Shown here: in pieces, positions 22,722 to 35,508 of the stretch
Layout of the letters: every line of letters starts with the position of its first letter
Position numbering within the stretch: the stretch's first letter is position 1
Assembly (NCBI GenBank): GCA_002104905.1
Contig: MCFE01000046.1
Location: 1-64,000 of the forward strand
Direction of reading: 5' to 3'
DNA length: 64,000 nt
Source: Basidiobolus meristosporus CBS 931.73
Taxonomy: Eukaryota > Fungi > Basidiobolomycota
Notes under the pieces: generated by a model
Database searches by the model: none
Told to the model about the DNA's origin: nothing
What the model saw: only the letters and a program-made list of their open reading frames with translations
Translations under genes and position numbers: made by a program

Positions 22722-23260
22722 GTTGGAAGAAAATGTCAGCGAGTCCACAGAGAAGCATGGATCCTATTTAACTGGGCTTTTTTTTCACCGCTCTGATTGG
22801 ACCCGCGGCTAGGTTACTGGTCGATTCACGCTACCAGCGAATGATTGGCCATTCCCCCAGAATGGGAAGCATCGATATGGTTGGATTATTTGTTCTAGTA
22901 AAAGTTGCTATGTTGATGGTACAAGGGTAAGAAGGACGTCCGTTGTGGCGGTGGTGGCATTGTCTGGCATCCGCGAAAGCGCATACTGTGATATCGGCCA
23001 TCGTCCATTCTATGATCCTGACGCATCTCGGTGGTGGCTTGCAGTGAGTAGAGAGATCGTGATGTTTTCCCGCAGCGTAGGTAAGCTTCAACGGACTGAT
23101 TGCATGAGGGCTCACTACGAATGATGGATTAGATATTTTCCTAATATGGAAAGCACCGACGGATGGTTTATTTGTTCTAGTAAGATAGTTGCTGTGCTGA
23201 TGGTGGGTTGATACAATATGGTACAAGGGTTAGAGGGGCGTCTTAATGTTCGGATTGGTT

Positions 23261-26200
23261 CTATGTGGTGGTGGTGGCGTTAGGGGAGGGGACCTTAGGG
23301 AGCCATTTGTCTAGCATCCCTGAGAGCGCCGACAACGAAATCGGCTTCACGGCGACGTCGTTCATCCCATGGTCCAAGGCAGCCTGACGCCCCTCAGTCG
23401 TGTCTAGCGACTGGTCCGCAGTCAGCGCAATGATGTACGACGGCTTTGCCAGGATGGTGTCAGTAAGGCTTACTCCAGAGTCCTCTCGCTCGGCTTGAGC
23501 AAGAGCGTTCTCCTCACCAGGAGTAGGTTGCGGGGGCTTCTCCGTCCATTCGCTTTCCATCTGGCGAATGACGCGGGTCGCTTCGTACCCGTCCATCCGC
23601 GGCATCTGAGGAGTGGATGTCAGTTGGGTGGCCATGGAGCCGAATGCATGGCACATACCTGTAGGTCCATGAGTATCAGATCGTATCGGTTCTCTTTATG
23701 CTTCTCGCAGGCGACCATCCCGTCCGCCGCCAGGTCCACGTGATTCACCCCGAGCTTCTTAAGCTGGGAGAGGGCCAGTTTTCTGGAGTAAGGCTGGTTA
23801 GTTGGCTAGGAACGGTCAACCACAAGTGCTCGTGAAATACCTATTGATGGCGTTGTCGTCCACCACCAAGACCCTCGAATGGTTGTCGGATGGTGGCTGC
23901 TCTTCGCTGCTGCTCGGATTCGTGGTTTTGCGAGGGCTGCGAGCTTTCCTAGAGGGGGAGGATGCTCGGGAAGGGGGCTTGGACTTGATATACTCCACCG
24001 TGTCCGAGATGCTGACCCGCTTCTCTCTTTCTGGCGTGGGAAGAGGCGTGTCAGACGGCGGGTCTTCGGAGAATGGAGACATGTCGCCGGAAAAGAACTC
24101 CTTGGGTGGGGTGGTGATCTGGCCGCCTAGGATGGAGTTCGGCAGCTTGAGTTTACTTGCGGAGAGCCGGCGCTCAGGGAGATGCTTGCTGTGGATGGAC
24201 CGCGAAAGCGCATCCCACTTCTGCTCCCCTTGGTAGGGATCGCAGAGCAGGGCGATCAGCTCCCTCTCCGACACAGGCTTCCGACAAATCGACACGTTGT
24301 AGTAGCGGTTCACAAACGTTGGGATCTGCACCTTGCTCGCCTGGCCGAAGGCGTAGAAAAAGATCAGGGTGGGCTTGGCTTGGTCGTTAAGCTCCGCACT
24401 CCCCCATTCATCGCTGGGGTATCCATGCTGATTCCGTGTCAACGACCGGCAGATGATATCCAGCCACTCCTCCACATCCATCTCCATCTTTGGCGAGGCG
24501 CTGGCTTCATCGTTCGCTGCGGAAGGCCGGTGCTTTTGACCAGGGCTCAGGTCGAACAACAGCACCGATCCACTGTCGCACAGTGACTCCTCCTGGCCGG
24601 GGACGGTGATGTACCGCTCGCCAGAGTCGCTGCTCTGCTGCTCAACCATCAGGTGGCACGCCGATACGCCCCAGGAATCATGCACAAGCTTAAACAGAAA
24701 AGATTCAAAGTATTGGCTCCGCGAGTAGACAAGGAATGTCCGATCATGCAACCGCAGTGAGCCGAGGGAGCATACGTTCTCCGTATCGTACAGCGGGCTC
24801 GGGTTGCTGAGGAATGCCGACAGGAAGTGGGTGGTGGTAGGCAGAGGGTTGATGTGCGAATCGTCGTTGGCCTCCTGGTAGCGCTGCTTCTCCAGCGGAA
24901 TCGAGAATCCAAACACTGACCCCTTTCCAGGCTCCGATTGGATCAGCACCTCTCCGTTCATCAATTCGGTCAGTCGCTTTACCTAGCACTTCGGTTAGAC
25001 ATGAAAGCTGCGTGGAGCAACGCAACACTTACCAGGAACAAGCCGAGCCCGGTCCCGGTCTGCACTCTTGTACTGTAGCCCAGACTGCTGGCGTTGCTAA
25101 AGAGAGAAGGAGGATCAGCAAAGACAATCAACACCTAAAGACGACTCAGCATCGCTAACCTTCCCTTCACTTGGCTGAATTCCTTGAAGAGCTTGTTCTG
25201 CACCTCGTGGGGGATGCCGATCCCTAGAACCAGATTACTAAGCGGTCCTGACACGAGAGTCAATCGAACTTACCTGTGTCCTTGACCAGGCAGAGAATCC
25301 GCGCCTCATCCACATCCTCGCTCTGCACTTTGAACGACACCTCGATGTAGCCCTTCTCTGTGAACTAGAAAAGAGAACCGATCAGCTCAGCGGACTCGCA
25401 CCAAACCAACCGAACCCTACCTTGACCGCGTTGGAGACCAGGTTGCTAAGCATCTGTCTGATCCTTCCTGGTTGCCCAATCAAAACTTAATCAGTGCCCT
25501 TGCTGCGTAGAGGATTTTGAGAAGCTCACCTGAGTCGCCCTGGAACAGGCATGGCATCCCACGTGGGTAGTCCAACAACAGCTCAAGGCCTTTCTTAGAG
25601 GAGAGTCCGCTCATGATGTGGCACGTGTCCACCGCCAGCTCGTGAAGGTCGAAGTCCCCCTTACAAAGGACCATCTTGTCGGCCCCCAACTTGCTCACGT
25701 CCAAAATGTCGTTCAGAATGGCGAGGAGGTTCCTCGACGCGGCGTGTACCATCTTCATATTGGCCCGTGGCTCGTCGCCGATCTTTGGGTCGGTCAGGAG
25801 AAGCTCTGTCCACCCGAAGATCGCGGAGAGCGGGGTGCGCAGCTCGTGGGACACCTGGGAGACGAAGCGGGACTTCGCCCTGGATGCGTCCAGCGCTTGC
25901 TTGCACACATCCACCAGCTCGTCGGTGCACAGGGTTCGACTGAAGTCGTGGAGTATGGAGAGAGTGCAGATGAATAACAGGTTGACCGAGTAGCCCACCA
26001 GCACGATCAACGCTTGCCGCTCGCTGGCGACGCTGGGGATGGCCTGCGGGGCCAGCGACCGGTTCCAATAGAAGTACCCGTTCTCCAGGATACATACCAT
26101 GGTCACGAAGATCCCCGCCGTGCGACCCACCGTCATCACGGCCAGCAAGGGGAATACATGGCTGGAGGCCGCCCCCAGCACGCTGAACCCACCCTCCATC

Positions 26201-26544
26201 TGAATGGTCACCGCACTGACCGACATCAGACACACGATCAGCAAGCTCCCTGCGAGCGTGGTCGACTGGGTGTGGTGCAGGATCAGCGGGATGGTGGCGC
26301 ACAGCACGGGCACCGTGGTAAGATATCGGGTCTGGTGAGTCAGGCCGAACTGCAGCCACCACACCACCATGGCGAGCAGCAGCATCAGGGAGAACGTTTT
26401 GATCAGCAAGTATTTCATTGCCACCTCGGCGTCCACTTCTGGGGACCTTGGGTGGTACAAGATCCATCTTCTTAAACTTCGTAAACAAGAGCGAACCGGG
26501 TCGCTGAATTGCTTCGTTTCTTCTCGTATGTCAAGCGTCTCCAT
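23261..26544 (-). CDS. Membrane hybrid histidine kinase, ~963 aa; exons 26544-25530, 25467-25421, 25364-25274, 25223-25160, 25096-25033, 24982-23841, 23782-23659, 23605-23261
   Basis: About 6 hydrophobic segments, H-box SHELRTPL, N-box NLVSNAVKF, G1 KDTGIG, G2 GTGLGL, receiver VLVVDDN...ILMDLQMPRMDG...KP. All seven GT-AG introns are phase-consistent. Confidence 0.92.
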
Positions 26545-27589
26545 GGGAGGCGAAAAGGTCAGTACGAGGGGAAGAGGAGGTCAAGGTAGAGGCAAAAGGA
26601 AAGGAAGGGGTGGGGTGGGGGGGAGGGAGGTAGTCTCGGGACGAATGTGAGATACGTAGTGAGCTGGGGGGTTGAAGGGGTTTCTTGGCTGGTTGTGGTT
26701 TTACTTCCTAACCCACTCAAGGGTGCTTGACCTACAATGGGTTCGGACAAGTGTGGGCGGTAGCGGTAGTGGTAGTATGCGTTGGTAACTGCGCTATGGG
26801 AATGAACCTCGCAGAATTTTCCAACGTTTAGGGAACTGCAGGTGGGGATTTTCAAGGGGATTTCTGAAATCGACCTTTGGTACGCCAGCTATGCCCGAGA
26901 AGTTGTTGGGCTGCTGGAAGCGGATCCTTTCTGCTGGAACAAATATCCCAATTGATCCGCTATGACGTCGGTCTTGGATCGTTCCATATGGAAACTCCCC
27001 GAATTTCCGTGATTTTTCCTACCCTATATAGGGGTGATTGGGTGGTCCGATCTGGATGGATTGGACGCTGTCGGGGATGAAGTCATTGGGCTCGGATTGG
27101 CTTGGTGTTGATGGGTGTGAGTTGATTGAATTTCAAATCGATCAAGTCTAGAAGCAAGCCAAGTGCTGCTTTACCATGTACCAATGAAGGACAACATATT
27201 GCTCACCAAATACCATCAAATCGATTCATTTTCGGATTCAACTTCAGGATGTTTGAACCATGGGCCAGCAGTCCCAGTGTGTTTTCCCCTGCCACTTGCT
27301 GTTGGTTGCTTCGAACTTTGCTGTCAAATAGATGAACAGGACCCGATACCATTACCGAGCATTGAAATGGGCATGACCAACACTCCCAAGCATACTTGAA
27401 ATCAAGCATGGCTCTGGAGCCGGATCATATCTGCCGGAATATTGTCAGAACTTTGAGTTCTGGCAACTTGCTTCAAACCCTGAACTATTTGCATCTCCTT
27501 GAACCTATCCAAACTCACCTCATGCATTCCTAATCAGGGATCTTGGTGATAGGTTTCTCTTGGACTGGATGTGGTATTTTGCTAGTACT

Positions 27590-30049
27590 TTTTGTAGTGG
27601 AAATTTTGGAGATACTGGAAGTAATTGGGAGAACATGTACACAGGATGCTTAGGAAGGGCCCAAGAACCTGTGTGCTAAGCTTGAAGCTTTTGGACAACT
27701 TTGAAAATTCTTGTGTTCTGGGTACCGGCTGTTGTAAGTTATGTAATTACACCTAAATATTGACCTTGGTCACTTGGATCATAGTTGACAGACTTTAGAG
27801 AATTCTGGCCAAACTCCTTGTTGGGATGTACCTGGACTATTTTCACCAAAACAATAGGTACCAAGAACATTAGCAATTGATAAGTTGTCCAAACAGCCCA
27901 TGAAGATCTTGTAATTGCAACTAAATATTCACCTAACTTAGTCACTTAGATCATTGCCTGCAAATCTTGGAGAGTACTGACCAAATCTCTTGTTGGGATT
28001 TACTCAGAATAGCTTCACCAAAACATCAGGTACCCAAAACATACAAATTTCCCAAGTGGTCCAAACAGCCTCAAACTTTGCACATATGTTCTTGAGACCT
28101 TCCCAAGTATATTCCACATATTTGTTTTGCCAAGATCATGTAAAAGTATAAATAATACTTTCACATTCAACAAATCTTTAAATGAAGACCACATAATTTA
28201 CTTGTTTACCAAATCACTATTGATATCTCCAGGACTCTTACTGTTGCAATATTCTGAGGAGTATTGGAAGTGATGTGGAGAACTAGAAGATTTACATGTT
28301 ATTCACTTGTAGATTTATTGATCAAAAGTATGGTATTTATACTTTTGATAAAGTAGAGGAAAACAAACGTGTAGAGTTTGTTAAGGAAGGTCCCAAGAAT
28401 ATGTGTGCAAAGTTTGGGGTCTTTTGGATGACTTTGAGAAAAATAATAATCTGGGTACCTGACAATTTGGTGAAAATATTCTAAGTAAATCCCGACAAGA
28501 AATCTAGTCAGGACAGAATGCTAATCACCGAATAAGATCTATGTGACTAAGTTAGCATGAATATTTAGGTGACAATTCAATAATTTCAACACTTACAACA
28601 TACAGTGTGCCCCCTGACAGTAATAATACAGACTCCTCAGATTCCCAGTGAAGTAGGCAATTGAGAATACCTGCCAAGCTGCAAGTTTACCATTATGCTC
28701 AGGCAGATAAGAACTGAAAGCCCAAAATTCCCTTACCAATCTATAGTTGGCATTCTGATGTATATCATGCTTGGAACATGTCCAGATATGTCATATTTGG
28801 TGGGAGTTGTTAGCCAGCATCATCAGAATTATGGATCTTATCATATTGCAGCAGTGAGGTATGCCTACAAGAAGTCAGAACAGGATCTAGTGGGATACTG
28901 ATTGGTGACAAAATCTAAAAGACACAAGATCCACCACAGGCTTCACCTTTCTTTACTGTAAAGGAGCAGATTTATGGGATTCAAGAAAGCAACCAATTGT
29001 AGCATTTCCCACTTCAGAGACTGAGTATATGGCAGCCTGTGAAGCAACAAAAGAAGCAATGTAGTTGAGAAAGCTTCTTAATGGCTTAGGCTTATGTCAA
29101 AAGCCCCTACTACAATATTTCAAGATAATTTAGGATCTATACAATTTGGAAACAATCCAACTTTTAAGGCCAGAGCTAAGCATATTGATATGAGACATCA
29201 ATGTATACTTGAGAATATAGAGAATACCTTGGTTGACTTTGTATGCTGTCTTATATATAAAATGATTCCAGACATATTAACTAAACCATTACATAGAGAC
29301 AAATTTGAATATCTTAGATTACATTAGGATAAGTTAGCATAAATATTTAGCTGGGTGGCAGTATTGAAAAATTCATGATTCCACCTAAATATTGACCTAA
29401 CTTGGTCACTTAACTCAATGCCTACAAATCTTGGCAAGTACTGAGCAAATTTCTTGTAGGGATTTATTTGAAAATTTTTCACCACAAATGTTGTAAGAGT
29501 CTTGGAGATATTGAAAGTGATTGGGAGGACAAGTTGATTATGTGGCTTTCACTTAATGGCTTATTGAATATAAAAGTAGTATTTCTACTTTTACATGGTC
29601 TTGGCATAACAAACACATAGAATAGGTTAAGAAAGGTCCCAAAACCATGTGTGCAAAGTTTGGGGCTGTTTGGACAACTTTGAGAATTTTCATGTCCTGG
29701 GTACCTGGTATTTTGGTGGAGGAATTAGAAACTGTTACAACAATATTAACTTATGTTAATTGTGATCTGAGTTACTCAAATATGTCTCTAGCTAATGATT
29801 TTGCAAGTATGTCTGCAATGGTCCCATTTGTAGAACAGTACACCAGTCAGCTAAGAGATTATCTAGAGCTTCACATTTGAATTGGTGTCTAATATCTGTG
29901 TGCTTAGTTTTAGTATGAAAAGATGGATTTCTACCCAAGTGTATATTTTAAGTCTCATAGTAGCACCTATATACTCACTCAGCTTAGTCACTTAGATTAT
30001 AATCTACAAATCTTAGAGAGATCTGGTCAGATTTGTTGCTGGGATTTTC
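27590..30049. mobile_element. Nest of degenerate Copia LTR fragments and RT/RNase H relics in both orientations
   Basis: Repeated diverged matches to the 349-bp LTR. Relic peptides PYQSIVGILMYIMLGTCPD and ARAKHIDMRHQ (28700-29330). Confidence 0.85.
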
Positions 30050-30399
30050 TGTTGTAAGAGTCTTGGAGATATTGGAAGTGATTGGGAGAACAAGTATATT
30101 ATGTGGTTTTCACTTAATGATTTATTGAATGTAAAAGTAGTATTTATACTTTTACATGGTCTTGGCATTACAAACACGTAGAATAGGTTAAGGAAGGTCC
30201 CAAGAACATGTGTGCAAAGTTTGGGGCTGTTTGGACAACTTTGAGAATTTTCATGTTCTGGGTACCTGGTATTTTGGTGAAAATATTCTAAGTAAATCCC
30301 GACAAGGAATTTGGTCAGTATTCTCTAGGATTTGAAGGTGATGATCTAAGTGACTAAGTTAGGTGAATATTTAGGTGGAAAATACGAATTTTTACAACA
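30050..30399 (-). repeat. Copia copy 1 3' LTR
   Basis: TG...CA ends; adjacent to the polypurine tract. Confidence 0.93.
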
Positions 30400-30410
30400 C
30401 TCCCACTCAG

Positions 30411-33400
30411 CTAAATGTTCATACTGACTAGTCCTAATTTTGACCTAAGATATTCAAACTTGTCTCTAGCTAATGGTTTTGTAAATATGTCTGCAATCAT
30501 TTCATCTGTAGGACAGTAAACTAAGCTAACTAAGTTATTCTCTATAGCTTCACGTATGAAATGATGTCTAATATCTATGTGCTTGGTTCTAGCATGAAAA
30601 GTTGGATTTCTACCTAATTGTATACATCCTTGATTATCTTGAAATAAAGTAATAGGCGTTTTTTGACATAGGCCTAAATCTGTAAAGAGCTTTCTTAACC
30701 ACATTGCTTCTTTTGTAGCTTCACAGGCTGCCATATACTCTGCCTCTGTAGTAGAAAGTGCTACGGTTGGTTGCTTTCTTGAATTCCATGAAATGGCTCC
30801 TTTACAGTAAAGAAAGGTGTATCCTGTGGTGGATCTTCTGTCTTCTAAATTTCGTCCCCAATCTGCATCAGAGTATCCCACAAGATCTTGTTCTGAGTCC
30901 TTATAAGTGTATCTTAAGCAGATATCAGCAGTTCCTTTTAGGTATCTAAAAATCCGCTTAACTGCTGCAATATGATCAGATCCATAATTCTGATTATGTT
31001 GGCTGACAACTCCCACTGAATATGAGATATCTGGACGTGTTCCAAGCATGATATACATCAGACTGCCGACCATAGATTGATAAGGAAAGTCAGGGCTTTC
31101 AGATGGCACCAAGCTCTCTTGATTTGGTTGAGTTTTGACCAAGTTAAGGTTTGTCTCCATTGGGGTAGCTGCCGGTTTACAGTCTTCCATTTTGTACTTC
31201 TTTAGTATATCTTGAATATACTTGGATTGGCTTAGGGTAATAGTCTGGGTACTTCTGTCTATGGAGAACTTAATCCCTAAGTAGTAACTAAGTTCTCCTA
31301 GATCAGACATCTTGAACTCCTTAGATAGGCTGGATTTAGTCTCTTCCAATGTTTCTAGGTTATTGGCGGCTATAATAAGATCATCCACATATAGAGCTAA
31401 TAGAACTGGATTTGCTCTATCTGGCTTATAGTATATACTATAGTCAGCATTACTCCTTTTGAAACTCAAAGATTCCAAATAAGAATCTATCTTGCAATTC
31501 CAGGCTCTCGGTGATTGTTTGAGACCATATAGTGACTTTTTAAGCTTGCAGACCAAATGGGGGTTATCTTGGTCAACAAACCCATCAGGCTGGTCCATAT
31601 ACACGTCCTCATCAAGTTCTCCATTCAAAAATGCAGTTTTTACATCCATTTGATGAATAAAAAACTTATATTTGGCTGCAATAGCCAATATTAATCTGAT
31701 GGAATTAAACTTGGCTACCGGTGCAAAGGTCTCAGTATAGTCAAGTCCTTTTGTTTGAGAGTATCCTTTGGCTACAAGTCTTGCTTTGTATCTTTCAATT
31801 GTACCATCAGCCTTGTATTTTGTCTTGAAGACCCATCTGCATCCAATTGATTTTCGGTTGATTGGTAATTTGACTAAGTCCCAAGTTTGATTTTCCATCA
31901 GTGCCTGATATTCCTCAGTCATTGCAGATCTCCAAAACTTCGTCTGAGGGCTATTTAGGGCCTCTTTTACAGTCTGGGGTTCATCAACATGGACTGAATA
32001 GGCATAGGCTAAGTTTGTACCCTCATTGATATAGTAATTTGGGCTATTTCTTGTCCAATTGGATCTCCGGGCATTTGATACTGGAATGATCACTTCTGGG
32101 ATATTCCTGGGCACTGATTCTGGCTGAACCACGGTTGTAGAGTCCTCTGGAGTGAAAAAATTTCATTGTTTTGCTCTGATTCAATCCTGACAATTGGTGG
32201 ACTTGAGATCAAATTTTCGTCATCATCTGATGTCATTTTTTGTGAAAATTTTGAATTTTCATCAAACAACACATCCCTGGACTTGATCAGCTTCTTTGCT
32301 TCGGTATTGTAGAGTCTGTATGCCTTACTCTCATTGCAGTAGCCCAAAAATATGCATTTTACACTTTTTGGCTCAAATTTTGACTGATTTCCGGCCAGTT
32401 TTTTGGCATATGCTGTACACCCAAATATTCTTAGATGTTCTGCACTTGGTCTGTGTCCATACCATGCTTCAAATGGAGTAGAATCACGAAGTATTCTGTT
32501 ATAACTCCTATTTTTAAGATATACAGCAGTGGCAACTGATTCCGCCCAAAAATCATAGGATAATTTTTGATCATGGATCATAGATCTTGCCATATCAATT
32601 ATTGATCTGTTAGCTCGTTCTGCTACTCCATTTTGCTGTGGGGAGTATGGTACAGTAGTCTCTTGCTTTATCCCATGAATTTTGCAGAAGTGGATGAAGA
32701 GTTTTGAGGTATATTCTCCACCATTGTCAGAGCGTATTTTCTTGATTTTTTCACCTAGTTTCTCTCTCCACCATGGCTTTAAACTCCCTGAGCTTAGACA
32801 GAGCTTCTTCCTTTCTCTCCATGAAGTAGACCCATGTGTATCTTGTATAATCATCAATAAAAGTGATTAAATACTTCATCCCGCCTAAGGATAAATTTTG
32901 CATAGGTCCACACAGATCTGAGTGAATTAGATCTAATTTTTTCTTAGTTTTGATTAACCCAGAGCTCTTGAACGGTTGTCTGGCTTGTTTCCCATATATG
33001 CAGGCTTCACAGTGCTCCAAATTAGCTGGGGGATCAATTTTCACTCCAGAAATTAGCTGATCTTTGATCATTTTACGCAAATAATCAAAATTGATGTGTC
33101 CAAATCTCCTGTGCCAAAGCATTGGTGTTTCTTCATTTAAGTTACTTATATTGGCTTCCAGATATGATGGAATATAAGTCAACTTGTATAGATTCTGATC
33201 TCTGATGCCCAAAGCAATATGAGCACCATTTTGATCAGTGATCCTGCATCCAGAATTGTCAAAACTGAAACTGAGTCCTTCTGCTGTGGCCTTGCTTACA
33301 GAGAGTAGGTTCTTGGCTATTTCTGGTACATAGAGTACTTCTTTAAAGGTCAGTGTATGGCTTCCTTCACTGCTTCTAAGGTTTACTTGGATAGTTCCTT

Positions 33401-34382
33401 CTCCCACTGCATCAAGTGTTCTATCGTCACCCATGAAAACCTTCTTAATTGGAATTTCTTGATATTGGGTAAAAAGTTCTTTTTGGTGTGTAAAGTGTTG
33501 AGAAGCTCCAGAGTCAATATACCACGTCTGAGAATCCTTGTTTGTGGTCATATTTAGTGCAGATATGAATAGTCTATCTTCAGTTGTTGCAGCATTTCCA
33601 TATTCAGGCTTCTTTTGCTGATAATCTCTCTTTTTGAAACACCGGTCTGATGTGTGTCCTTTCCTTTTGCAGTAGTTGCAAAATAGGTTGCTGTTGCCTT
33701 TGTAGGGTCTTGGGTACCTCCTTTGTTGGTTATCATTGCTTATTAAAGCATTTTCTTCTTCCTTCTTATTGGCGCTTGATTTTCTTAATTCTTCATCCAG
33801 GAGCCTTCCATATACGTAATTTAAGGTCAAATCTTCAGTTCTGGACTCTAGGGCTGATACAAGGCCCTGAAACTCGTCTGTCAGGCTATTCAGGATGGTA
33901 ACTATCACATCCTCATCAGTAGTTGGTACGCCCACAGATTCCATCTCATCTACCAGCAGGGTAATTCTGTTAATTAGATTTTTCATTTCTTCTCCTGGCA
34001 GCATCTTTGTAGTAAAGAATTTTCTTCTCAGATACATTTTCTTGGCAGCTGAACATGACTGGTAGGTGTCTTCTAATGCCTTCCAGGCATTCTTTGCCGT
34101 TTTTGCTCTTGAGCATTGAATTAGCAATTTGTCCTTGACATTAAGGCAAATGCAGTTAAAGGCACTTTGTTCTTTCTTCTGGTACTTTAAGGCTTCCTCT
34201 CCCACGTTTTTAGGAGGGCATTCTTCTCCCATGACAATATCCCAAAGGCCTCTTTCTTGTAGCAGCATCTTCATCTTCACCTTCCACACTTGGTAGTTAG
34301 ATCCATCCAACTTTTCAGCAGAGGGAAAAATTCCAGTAATAGCAGTAGTAGACATTGCAGAGAGTGACAGCTTGGGGCTCAT
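30411..34382 (-). CDS. Copia Gag-PR-INT-RT-RH, broken by frameshifts near 32757 and 32155-32160
   Basis: CNYCKRKGHTSDRC knuckle, WYIDSGAS, LWHRRFGH..CEAC, HSDL/SDNGGEY/NGVAER, QMDVKTAFL, YVDD, YSDADW, TKHIDIRHHF. Confidence 0.9.
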
Positions 34383-34386
34383 AACC

Positions 34387-34735
34387 TGTTGTAAGAGTCT
34401 TGGAGATATTGGAAGTGATTGGGAGAACAAGTAGATTATGTGGTTTTCACTTAATGATTTATTGAATGTAAAAGTAGTATTTATACTTTTACATGGTCTT
34501 GGCATTACAAACACGTAGAATAGGTTAAGGAAGGTCCCAAGAACATGTGTGCAAAGTTTGGGGCTGTTTGGACAACTTTGAGAATTTTCATGTTCTGGGT
34601 ACCTGGTATTTTGGTGAAAATATTCTAAGTAAATCCCGACAAGGAATTTGGTCAGTATTCTCTAGGATTTGAAGGTGATGATCTAAGTGACTAAGTTAGG
34701 TGAATATTTAGGTGGAAATACAAATTTTTACAACA
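34387..34735 (-). repeat. Copia copy 1 5' LTR
   Basis: TG...CA ends; adjacent to the PBS. Confidence 0.93.
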
Positions 34736-35508
34736 TTATGCTCAGCAGATGAGAACTGAAAGCCATAGAATTTCCTTACAATCTATGTTGGCATTCTGAT
34801 GTATATTATGCTTGAACATGTCCAGATATGTCAAATTCAGTGGAGTTGTCAGCCAGCATAATCAGAACTATGGATCTTATCATATTGTAGCAGTGAGTAT
34901 ACCTATAAGTGTCAGAACAGATCTAGTGATACTCTGATGCTGATTGGTGACAAAATCTAAAAGACACAGATCCACCACAGGCTACACCTTTCTTACTGTG
35001 AAGAGCAGATTATGGATTCAGAAGCAACAATTGTAGCATTTCCACTTCAGAGACTGAGTATATGCAGCCTGTGAGCAACAAGAGCAAAGTAGTTGAGAAG
35101 CTTCTTAATGCTTAGGCTATGTCAAAAGCTACTACAATATTCAGATAATTTAGGATCTATACAATTAGGTAAAATCTAACTTTTCAGCAGAGCTAAGCAT
35201 ATTGATATGAGACATCAATGTATACTTGAGATATAGAGAATACTTGTTGACTTGTATGCTGTCTTATATATAAATGATTCAGACATATTACAACATTAAT
35301 GAGACAAATTTGATATCTTAGATCACATTAGGATAAGTTAGCATAAATATTTAGCTGTCAGTATTGAAAATTCATGATTCACCTAAATATTGACTAACTT
35401 GGTCATTAACTCAATGCCTACAATCTTGGCAAATACTGAGCAAATTTCCTGTGGAATTTATTGAAATTTTCACCAAATGTGTAAGAGTCTTGAGATATTG
35501 AAGTATTG
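34736..35508 (+). pseudogene. Deletion-riddled paralog of the Copia relic at 28693-29524
   Basis: Collinear with 28693-29524, with many homopolymers shortened by 1 nt. Confidence 0.85.

Larger units (their letters stand above)
30050..34735 (-). mobile_element. Ty1/Copia LTR retrotransposon, full length, copy 1 (4686 bp)
   Basis: LTRs 30050-30399 and 34387-34735 differ at ~3 positions, with TGTTGTAA/TTACAACA ends. PBS GGTTATGAGCCC at 34386-34375; polypurine tract at 30400-30410. No matching target-site duplication (ttttc vs ttatg). Confidence 0.95.

Noticed and set aside
21060-22796. 578-aa antisense ORF in exact codon register over TrpRS (reminiscent of sense/antisense synthetase coding)
   Set aside because: In-register antisense stops need TTA/CTA/TCA sense codons, which this C-ending-biased gene avoids. 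The peptide shows no class II synthetase motif.
26559-27590. Short ORFs between the kinase and the LTR nest
   Set aside because: No motif I can assign; probably promoter plus decayed repeat.
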